Of a stretch of 64,000 nucleotides of DNA, positions 56,508 to 64,000 are shown one piece after another. Within the stretch, counting starts at the first letter, position 1. Each line of letters begins with the position of its first letter. Made by a program: the position numbers and the translations under genes. Below the pieces are notes generated by a model. It searched no databases and was not told the DNA's origin. It was given only the letters and a program-made list of their open reading frames with translations. The stretch comes from Capsulimonadales bacterium (GTDB lineage: Bacteria > Armatimonadota > Armatimonadia > Armatimonadales > Armatimonadaceae). Location of the stretch: NCBI GenBank assembly GCA_033762295.1, contig JANRLW010000090.1:35813-99812 (forward strand). The letters run 5' to 3'.

Positions 56508-57578
56508 ATGTCCCGCTTACCGCTTCGATCCCTGCGCGGCGCGACGATCACCGGGCTGGGGATGTATGTCCCGAAAAAAATCCTGACCAATCACGATCTG
56601 GCGCAGATGGTGGACACGAACGACCAGTGGATCATCGATCGCACCGGCATTCGCGAGCGGCACATCGCCGCACCCGAGGAGGCGACCTCCGATCTCGCGG
56701 TGCGCGCGGCGCGAGAAGCGTTGTGTTCCGCGCACCTCTCACCGGAAACGGTCGATCTCCTCATCGTAGCGACCTCGACCGGCGACACGCTCGGGTTCCC
56801 CGCCACCGCCGCGTTTGTCCAGGAGAAACTTGGAGCCACTCGCGCCGCCGCGTTCGACGTCAGCGCGGTCTGCTCCGGGTTCACCTACGCACTCGACGTC
56901 GCCGTGCAGTATATTCAAACCGGACGGTACGACCGCGTACTGGTGATCGGCGCGGAAACCAACAGTCGCTTCGTGGACTGGACCGATCGCAGCACCTGCG
57001 TTCTCTTCGGCGACGGCGCGGGGGCGGTCGTTCTGGAACCGGCGGAGTATGGCGCGGAGGGGGTGCTGGTCTCCATCCTGGGTTCGGACGGCTCGGGGGC
57101 GGGCCTGCTCAATATTCCGGCGGGTGGGTCGCGGCTGCCGATGACCCCGGAACTACTGGCCGAGCATAAGAATACCATCTATCAGAACGGGCGCGAGGTC
57201 TACCGTTTCGCCGTGGAGAAGATGGGCGAGGCGGCGCTGGAAGCGGTGGCGGCGGCGGGGTTGTCGCCGGCGGACGTCGATCTTCTGATTCCGCACCAGG
57301 CCAACATCCGGATTATCGCGTCGGCGGCAAAGCGGATGGACCTGCCCATGGAAAAGGTCGTCATCAATCTGGACCGTTACGGAAATACGTCGGCGGCGAC
57401 CATTCCGATCGCGATGGCCGAAGCGTGGCAGGAAGGTCGAATCCTTCCGGGGATGATCCTCGTGACGGTCGGGTTCGGCGCGGGGCTGTCGTGGGGGGCG
57501 AATGTGATCCGGTGGGGGAACCTGTTGCCGCCGTCGAGACCGCAGAACGAGGAGACGGCGGAGGGAGAAAACCGGTGA
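56508..57578 (+). CDS. fabH: 3-oxoacyl-ACP synthase III
   Basis: AVCSGF, FGDGAGA, HQANIRI, YGNTSAA. Confidence 0.96.
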   Translation: MSRLPLRSLRGATITGLGMYVPKKILTNHDLAQMVDTNDQWIIDRTGIRERHIAAPEEATSDLAVRAAREALCSAHLSPETVDLLIVATSTGDTLGFPATAAFVQEKLGATRAAAFDVSAVCSGFTYALDVAVQYIQTGRYDRVLVIGAETNSRFVDWTDRSTCVLFGDGAGAVVLEPAEYGAEGVLVSILGSDGSGAGLLNIPAGGSRLPMTPELLAEHKNTIYQNGREVYRFAVEKMGEAALEAVAAAGLSPADVDLLIPHQANIRIIASAAKRMDLPMEKVVINLDRYGNTSAATIPIAMAEAWQEGRILPGMILVTVGFGAGLSWGANVIRWGNLLPPSRPQNEETAEGENR

Positions 57579-58498
57579 TTGCGTTTATTTTTCCCGGTCA
57601 GGGAGCGCAGGCCGTCGGCATGGGCCGGGACCTATACGAGCGGTCCGCCGCGGCCCGTCAGGCGTTCGATGTGATCAGCGGCGCGTGCGGCTATTCGGTC
57701 TCGGGACTCTGTTTCGACGGTCCCGAGGAGTTACTGAAGCAAACGGAGTACACGCAGCCGGCGCTGTTCGCAACGGAGTGTGCCGCTCTCGCGGCGTGTC
57801 GCGAGGCCGGACTGACGCCGATGGCGGTGGCCGGTCATTCGGTCGGCGAGTATGCGGCGCTGGTGGCGGCCGGTGTTTTGACGTCGGAGGCCGGGGCGCG
57901 GCTGGTGAAGGCTCGGGCGGCGGCGATGGGCCACGCCGCACAGGCGCAGTCCGGAACCATGGCCGCGATCCTGGGGTTGGACGCCGACGTTGTGGCCGAA
58001 CTCTGCGCGGCGACCCCGGGTATCGTCGTTCCCGCCAACGATAACTGTCCGGGACAGGTGGTGATCAGCGGGGAGACGGCGGCCGTCGAGGCGGTGTCGG
58101 TTCGCCTGAAGGAGCGTGGCGCAAAACGGGTGATGCCGCTGGCGGTGTCGGGCGCGTTTCACTCGCCGTTGATGCAGGCGGCGGCGGAATCGCTGGCGAA
58201 TACACTCGAGAGCACGACCGTTCGTGCTCCGGAAATACCGGTCGTCGCCAATGTCACGGCGGATTACGAAGGGACGGCGGACGAAATCCGCCGGAACCTG
58301 GCGGCGCAGGTCGCCGGGCCGGTTCGCTGGACGGAGACGATCCGGCGTCTGACCTCGGACGGGTATACGACCTTTATCGAGTGCGGACCGGGCAGCGTGC
58401 TCGCCGGGCTGGTCAAACGGATCGCGCCGGAGGCGAAAACCTACTCCGTCGGGGATATGACGACGCTGGAAGCGGCCGTCAACGCGTTGAGGACATAG
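57575..58498 (+). CDS. fabD: Malonyl-CoA:ACP transacylase
   Basis: FPGQGAQ, GHSVGEY, SGAFHS. Confidence 0.96.
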   Translation: MIAFIFPGQGAQAVGMGRDLYERSAAARQAFDVISGACGYSVSGLCFDGPEELLKQTEYTQPALFATECAALAACREAGLTPMAVAGHSVGEYAALVAAGVLTSEAGARLVKARAAAMGHAAQAQSGTMAAILGLDADVVAELCAATPGIVVPANDNCPGQVVISGETAAVEAVSVRLKERGAKRVMPLAVSGAFHSPLMQAAAESLANTLESTTVRAPEIPVVANVTADYEGTADEIRRNLAAQVAGPVRWTETIRRLTSDGYTTFIECGPGSVLAGLVKRIAPEAKTYSVGDMTTLEAAVNALRT

Positions 58499-58554
58499 GG
58501 TCGGAAAAAATGGGTCCTTCGTCTCAGGTCGGGGCGGCAGGAGGACGATCAAAT

Positions 58555-59316
58555 ATGAACAGATTCTCGCTGGAGGGCAAAACGGCGATCGTGACCGGCG
58601 CGGGCCGGGGCGGGCGTGGTATCGGACGGGGGATCGCTCTGGCGCTGGCGGAGGCCGGAGCGGACGTCGTCATTACCGCCCGGACGAACGTTGCCGACGC
58701 CGAGGCGGTGGCGGAAGCGGTCGTCGCGCTCGGGCGGCGCGGTCTGGCGCTCACCTGCGATGTCACGGACTCGGCCTCGGTCGAAGGGCTGTTCGAACGG
58801 GCAAAGGCGGATTTCGGAAAGATCGATATACTGGTCAATAACGCCGGTATCACGCGGGACGGTCTGTTGCTTCGGATGAGCGAGGAAAACTGGGATTCGG
58901 TCCTCGATTCGAACCTGAAGGGAACGTTTCTGTGTACGCGGGCGGCGACGAAGATTATGATCAAGCAACGGAGCGGACGGATCATCAATATTTCATCGAT
59001 CATGGGCCGGATCGGAAACGCCGGACAGGCGAACTATTCGGCGTCCAAGGGGGGCATCGAGGCATTCACGCGGACGGTGGCGCGGGAGCTGGGGTCGCGC
59101 GGGATTACGGTCAACGCGGTCGCGCCCGGCTTCATCGACACGCAGATGACGGACGCCATTCCGGCGGAGCAGCGGGAGGCGATTACAGGTAAGATAGCGC
59201 TGGGACGCCTGGGCGTTCCGGAGGACGTGGGCGCGGCGGTCGTGTTCCTGGCTTCGGAAGCGGCCGCGTATATCACGGGTCAGACCCTGACGGTGGACGG
59301 CGGAATGACGGTTTGA
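58555..59316 (+). CDS. fabG: 3-oxoacyl-ACP reductase
   Basis: NNAGITRD, GQANYSASK; operon context. Confidence 0.95.
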   Translation: MNRFSLEGKTAIVTGAGRGGRGIGRGIALALAEAGADVVITARTNVADAEAVAEAVVALGRRGLALTCDVTDSASVEGLFERAKADFGKIDILVNNAGITRDGLLLRMSEENWDSVLDSNLKGTFLCTRAATKIMIKQRSGRIINISSIMGRIGNAGQANYSASKGGIEAFTRTVARELGSRGITVNAVAPGFIDTQMTDAIPAEQREAITGKIALGRLGVPEDVGAAVVFLASEAAAYITGQTLTVDGGMTV

Positions 59317-59398
59317 GCGGACGCCGACCGGGTCGGACGGAACAAAAACAGGAACGAGTTGGAACTGATAACGAACTCTTTGAGGAGCGAATGCGGAA

Positions 59399-59632
59399 AT
59401 GTCTACGTTTGATCGTGTGAAAAAAGTCGTCGTGCAGCAACTGGAAGTGGCGGAAGAGGAAGTGACGTTGAACGCCTCTTTCGTCGATGATCTGGGGGCG
59501 GACTCCCTCGACGTCGTGGAACTGGTAATGGGCTTCGAAGAGGAGTTCGATATCGAGATTCCGGATGAGGACGCCGAGAAGATCGCGACCGTCGGACAGG
59601 CGGTCGATTACATCGATAACAAGACCAAGTAG
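59399..59632 (+). CDS. acpP: Acyl carrier protein
   Basis: [14 protein letters not shown]. Confidence 0.97.
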   Translation: MSTFDRVKKVVVQQLEVAEEEVTLNASFVDDLGADSLDVVELVMGFEEEFDIEIPDEDAEKIATVGQAVDYIDNKTK

Positions 59633-59649
59633 GGATCGGAACTCGGGAG

Positions 59650-59675
59650 GGGGCGAGCCGGGTTCGGCTCGCCCC
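59650..59675 (+). terminator. Hairpin after acpP (terminator or mRNA stabiliser)
   Basis: GGGGCGAGCCG-ggtt-CGGCTCGCCCC. Confidence 0.55.
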
Positions 59676-59712
59676 GGTTCTCGTGCGCTCGGGTCCGGGA
59701 TGTGTACCCAGC

Positions 59713-60954
59713 ATGAAACGTGTTGTCATTACGGGAGTGGGGGCGGTTACGCCCGTCGGGATCGGGAAAGAAGCCTACTGGAACGGTCTGATTACCGGGA
59801 CGTCCGGAATCGGACCGATCTCGAACTTCGACCCTACCGGGTTTGATGTCCGGATTGCGGCCGAAGTCAAAGGGTTCGAACCCGGCGACTATTTCGACCG
59901 TAAGGAAGGGCGTCGGATGGACCGGTTTACCCAGTTCGCCGTCGCCTCCGCGAAACTGGCTCTGGAGGACGCCGCTCTCACCATTAACGATTGTAACGCC
60001 GAGCGCATCGGCGTCCTCGTCGGCTCGGGAATCGGCGGACTGCAATCCCTGGAAGATCAGATTAAAATTCTGATCGAGAAGGGGCCGAACCGCGTCTCTC
60101 CCTTTCTGATTCCGATGATGATTGCCGACATGGCGACCGGCTACGTCTCGATCCTGACCGGGGCGAAGGGGCCGGGTTCGACGGTGGTCACCGCCTGTGC
60201 GACCGGCGCGAACGCGATCGGCGACAGCCTGGAGATACTGCGGCGCGGGGATGCCGATGTCATGATCGCCGGCGGATCGGAAGCCGCCGTCACACAGGTC
60301 GGTGTCGCCGGGTTTTCCAATATGAAAGCCATGACCGCCCGTTTCAACGACGCTCCGGAGAAAGCGTCCCGTCCGTTCGACGCCGACCGGGACGGTTTTG
60401 TGATCGGCGAAGGCGCGGGGGTCGTGATCCTGGAGACCCTGGAACATGCCGAAAAGCGAGGGGCCGCACAGATTTATGCCGAGGTCGCGGGATACGGGAT
60501 GAGCAGCGACGCCTACCATATCACGCAGCCGTTGCCGGACGGGTCGGGCGTGGCGCGAGCGATTGCGAACGCTTTGAAAGATGCGGGGGTGGAAAAGGAG
60601 CAGGTGCAGTATGTCAACGCCCATGGCACCTCGACACCCCTGAACGACAGAGCCGAATCCGCGACTCTGAAGCGCGTTTTCGGGGAACACGCCCACCAAC
60701 TGGCCGTCTCCTCGACCAAATCGATGACCGGGCATCTGCTGGGAGCGGCGGGCGCGATCGAGGCGATCGCCTCCGTGCTGGCCATCGACCGGGAGATTCT
60801 TCCCCCGACGATCAACTACGAGACACCGGACCCGGACTGCGATCTGGACTACATTCCGAATGTCGCGCGTCCGGCGAAAGTCGATGTCGTGATGTCGAAC
60901 AACTCCGGCTTCGGGGGGCACAACGCGGTTCTGATCTTCAAGCGTTTCCGGTAA
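59713..60954 (+). CDS. fabF: 3-oxoacyl-ACP synthase II
   Basis: TACATG, NAHGTST, GHLLGAAG, GFGGHN. Confidence 0.96.
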   Translation: MKRVVITGVGAVTPVGIGKEAYWNGLITGTSGIGPISNFDPTGFDVRIAAEVKGFEPGDYFDRKEGRRMDRFTQFAVASAKLALEDAALTINDCNAERIGVLVGSGIGGLQSLEDQIKILIEKGPNRVSPFLIPMMIADMATGYVSILTGAKGPGSTVVTACATGANAIGDSLEILRRGDADVMIAGGSEAAVTQVGVAGFSNMKAMTARFNDAPEKASRPFDADRDGFVIGEGAGVVILETLEHAEKRGAAQIYAEVAGYGMSSDAYHITQPLPDGSGVARAIANALKDAGVEKEQVQYVNAHGTSTPLNDRAESATLKRVFGEHAHQLAVSSTKSMTGHLLGAAGAIEAIASVLAIDREILPPTINYETPDPDCDLDYIPNVARPAKVDVVMSNNSGFGGHNAVLIFKRFR

Positions 60955-61062
60955 AACGGTACGGCGTTCATGACCGCGAATAACGCTGGCGGAGTTACCG
61001 TCGCCGGTCAAGAAACGCATCTGCCGGTTTAAGGCCGCTCAACCAGAGCGGCCCCGGACCGA

Positions 61063-61569
61063 TTAACCTTTGCCTTTGAGATAGGGGGCGACCGCTTTTT
61101 GCAGCGATTCGGTGTTCTGACCGCCGAGAAGCGATTTAACCACCTTGCCGTTGCGATCGATGACGTAGGTCCGTGGAATGGACCCGCCACCGTCCGGCGC
61201 TTTCGGGTCCAGAAATGCCATCAGTCCGGTGATATCCGGTCCGAGCGAGTTGAGCCAGCCCTGCGAAACGCCCGACTTGCCCAGGAACGTTTTGACCTTC
61301 TTCAGATCCGCCTGTTCGTCGCAGGAGATCGTGACCAGTTCCAGTCCCTTCGCCCGGTTGGCTTTGTACACTTTCATCAGGTCGGGAAACTCGGCGACAC
61401 AGGGGCCGCACCAGGTCGCCCAGAAGTTTACCAGCAACACTTTGCCTTTTTTGGCGGCAAGCGCCTTCTTGATGCCGGCGGCATCCGCCGTCGTCACCGT
61501 CTGCGCCTGGGCGGTGCCGGCGAGCAGGGTAAGAGCGGCCAGGCCGCCAAGAGCGTTTTTCAATTGCAC
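61063..61569 (-). CDS. Exported TlpA-family thioredoxin-like protein
   Basis: Signal peptide; VNFWATWCGPC; IPRTY. Confidence 0.88.
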   Translation of the reverse strand: MQLKNALGGLAALTLLAGTAQAQTVTTADAAGIKKALAAKKGKVLLVNFWATWCGPCVAEFPDLMKVYKANRAKGLELVTISCDEQADLKKVKTFLGKSGVSQGWLNSLGPDITGLMAFLDPKAPDGGGSIPRTYVIDRNGKVVKSLLGGQNTESLQKAVAPYLKGKG

Positions 61570-61573
61570 GGTA

Positions 61574-62170
61574 TTATCTGCCTTTTCGTTCGTTCGTTCG
61601 CGTTTTCCCGGCGGAGAGCTTTTCGAGCATCGCAATCGAGTCCTCGGCGGCCTGCTGCACTTTCGGACGGGTGTCGATTGCGGCGATATTGCCGGCCGGA
61701 TCGATATAGAACGTGACGCGGCGAGCGACCGTTCCCTTCAGGACCCCGTACGCCTTCGCCGTTTTCCCCTCGATATCGGAGAGAAGGACGTTTTTCAGAC
61801 TTTCCTTGCTGCAAAATTCCCGTTTGGAGCCGGTATTCTGGGTCGATACGGTGTAGACAACGGCGTTCAGCGGGGCGAACTTCTCAAAATTCTGCGAATA
61901 AGAGCGATTCTGGAAGGTGCATCCGGGGGTCATATCGGCCGGATAGAACGCGAGCACGACCCATTTGCCTTTACTGTCCTTCAGCCGAACCGTTTTGTCG
62001 TTCTGATCCGGCAGGACGAACGCGGGAGCCTTCTTGCCGACCATCGTTTGAAGCGCGGCGTCCGGGTCCGCGACCGGAGCCGCCGACACGGTTTCCTGGG
62101 CGAACGCCGGAATCGCGGTCAGGGATAAGGCGGCTGCCAGGGCCGGTGCGCAAAAAGGTTTTGTTTTCAT
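61574..62170 (-). CDS. Exported BCP/PrxQ-type peroxiredoxin
   Basis: Signal peptide AFA-Q; FYPADMTPGCT; ARRVTFYID. Confidence 0.88.
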   Translation of the reverse strand: MKTKPFCAPALAAALSLTAIPAFAQETVSAAPVADPDAALQTMVGKKAPAFVLPDQNDKTVRLKDSKGKWVVLAFYPADMTPGCTFQNRSYSQNFEKFAPLNAVVYTVSTQNTGSKREFCSKESLKNVLLSDIEGKTAKAYGVLKGTVARRVTFYIDPAGNIAAIDTRPKVQQAAEDSIAMLEKLSAGKTRTNERKGR

Positions 62171-62273
62171 AAGGAGTTTCTCGGGACGATCCTTCCACCA
62201 GTATACCCACCACCGGTAACCCGAAGTTCCGCGGGCAACCGGCGCAACTTCGTTTACCGTCGATATTCGACGA

Positions 62274-62984
62274 TTACATCGGGACGACCCAGATATTGCG
62301 GAACTGCACCGGGTCATGATCTCCCTGAAGGACGATCGGTCCGGTCGGCTTCATTTCCTTGTACTCTCCGTACTGAATGCCGGTCATGCCGACGAACTCC
62401 TCGTTGTTCTGAACGACGACGCCGTTCCAGAGGACCGTCGCTCGCGGCTTTTCGACCACCTCGCCTTTTTCGTTGAAGCGCGGCGCACGGAAAAGGATAT
62501 CGTAGGACTGCCATGCGCCGGGCTGTCCGGACGCGTTGACCTTCGCCGCCTTCTGGCTGTAGAAGGCCGCCCCGTTATGCGTATCCGGTTCCTTGCCGAA
62601 GGTGTTGAAGATCTGCACCTCATACCGGCCCTGCAGTCCGACGCCGCTGTTGCCGCCGCCCTGGGTCGGCGTACGGAACTCGATATGCAGGAGGAAATCG
62701 CCGAATTCCCGGGTGGTTCGAATATCCGTTTTATCGGCGGGGACCGCGACTCCGTTCTCGACCTTCCATCCCGGCGGGTTGGTCGTATACCGCTTTTGCC
62801 AGAGGGTCGCCAGTTCGCTTTCCTTACCGGAGAACAGGACGACGGCTCCTTTGGGCGGGACGGTAGGCAGGGAAAGGACGGCGGGCGCGGCGGACGATTG
62901 CGCGTTCGCGGCGGACGGAAGCGCGACGGATATCGCGAGGCAGGCGGCGGCGAGAACGCCGCGCAAACAGGTCGGGAAAGGCAT
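62274..62984 (-). CDS. DUF1080 / 3-keto-disaccharide hydrolase family secreted protein
   Basis: FGDFLLHIEF, GNSGV, YEVQI, GPIVLQGDH, FRNIW. Confidence 0.88.
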   Translation of the reverse strand: MPFPTCLRGVLAAACLAISVALPSAANAQSSAAPAVLSLPTVPPKGAVVLFSGKESELATLWQKRYTTNPPGWKVENGVAVPADKTDIRTTREFGDFLLHIEFRTPTQGGGNSGVGLQGRYEVQIFNTFGKEPDTHNGAAFYSQKAAKVNASGQPGAWQSYDILFRAPRFNEKGEVVEKPRATVLWNGVVVQNNEEFVGMTGIQYGEYKEMKPTGPIVLQGDHDPVQFRNIWVVPM

Positions 62985-63216
62985 GGTTCCGGTCTCGTAT
63001 TCCAGTTAGGTTCGTTGATCGATCTTTCGCGGTCCCTTCCGCGAAATCCTGCCCGTTTCGCTTCACGGACGTAAAACGCTTCGATTGGTTCGTAATCCTG
63101 ATCACATACATCAGGTGATGATCGGTACTTACCCTCCGCTGTTTTCCCGGTTGAATAAAGGTGTCGGGCAGAGGGCTCGACACGTGAACGAACCAGGCGG
63201 AAAGGATACCGGGACG

Positions 63217-63834
63217 ATGGAACAGTGGAACTCGTTGGAGTCGACGGAGGTATGGACGGCGGCAAAACGCTGTGCCTTTATCGTGTTGTGTGTTTCCGGC
63301 GCGCTTTCGGCGACGGCGGCCGTACTCCTGATCGGCGCTCCGGGCATGGTGCCCACAGCGGGGGGTATGCTTCTCTGGGGTGTGATCGCTGTCACACTGA
63401 GTGCGGCCGTCGCCGGATGGGAGAGGACGCCCACCGGATATCTCCTGCTCCTGATAGCGGCGACACTGGAGGTTTTCGCCCCCCGGATCGTTCCCCATCT
63501 GAACCCGGCGGACATGCGCGAGACTCTCTCCGCCTTTTCCCAGGCGGCCGGAATGCCGATGTTGGTCGGCGCGCTTCTGGCGATCAAGGATCTGGTGCAG
63601 CGCGTGTGGTTCGGTCTTTCGCTGAAGCGGACGGAAGCCCGGATCGAAACGGCGGTCGATGTCATGAACCTGATGAGCGAAGACGACGGCGACGCGGTTC
63701 GGCAGAATGTCAAGTATCGCCTTCTGGTCGTGCCGACGATCGTTATTGCGATCGGTCTTTACGTGTCCCTGGTCGGAACGATCCGGACGGGACTGAACGA
63801 TGCTCTTGTCCAGGTGAACGCGGTCGCCACCTGA
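63217..63834 (+). CDS. Hypothetical multi-pass membrane protein
   Basis: About 5 hydrophobic segments; AAAGGA upstream. Confidence 0.6.
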   Translation: MEQWNSLESTEVWTAAKRCAFIVLCVSGALSATAAVLLIGAPGMVPTAGGMLLWGVIAVTLSAAVAGWERTPTGYLLLLIAATLEVFAPRIVPHLNPADMRETLSAFSQAAGMPMLVGALLAIKDLVQRVWFGLSLKRTEARIETAVDVMNLMSEDDGDAVRQNVKYRLLVVPTIVIAIGLYVSLVGTIRTGLNDALVQVNAVAT

Positions 63835-64000
63835 GCGGTCGCCCCGACCTCCCGACCGACCCCGACGACGATTCAGGGAGGCATCCTTCGGTCGGTTGAG
63901 ACGTCGGCGGTACCGAATGCCGTAACGGAGAAGCGCCGAGCCGACGCTACCACGCATGTCGCACCGACCGTCGCACCGATCAACCCGACGTTTATCCATC

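Noticed and set aside
55123..60954. Type II PKS / secondary-metabolite cluster
   Set aside because: This is the canonical rpmF-plsX-fabH-fabD-fabG-acpP-fabF primary fatty-acid operon.
63102..63125. CCTGAT-N7-ATCAGG inverted repeat
   Set aside because: It could be an operator, but it is short and has no adjacent regulator, so support is insufficient.
62824..63999. 391-aa minus-strand ORF at the right edge
   Set aside because: It is Arg-rich, has no motifs, and overlaps two better-supported genes.

Overview
High-GC bacterial chromosomal window. Gene content and the combination of SLH proteins with LptF/G suggest an Armatimonadota-like lineage (inference only). Housekeeping content: aroF-tyrA-aroA-cmk-plsC, dnaN, dut, rnz, proA, kbl, uxuA, rsmE, rpmF-plsX-fabH-fabD-fabG-acpP-fabF, a phnD-C-E-E ABC transporter and three tRNAs (Tyr, Pro, Gly). 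There are also carbohydrate and redox enzymes. I found no mobile elements, CRISPR arrays or rRNA. Most notable: (1) dnaN is not next to dnaA but is the third gene of an ECF sigma / soluble zinc anti-sigma / dnaN operon, and the anti-sigma ends in QLPIGF, which resembles a beta-clamp-binding motif; (2) an exported redoxin has a TGA at the position of a family-conserved Cys, followed by a SECIS-like hairpin (candidate selenoprotein), and lies next to a beta-propeller di-heme enzyme; (3) a six-gene DUF6754-like membrane operon sits behind a consensus sigma70 promoter; (4) an unannotated ~150-nt transcript is bounded by a promoter and a terminator; (5) a 10-bp tandem repeat array abuts the phnD promoter. 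All family calls are from motif recognition by eye, with no database searches.
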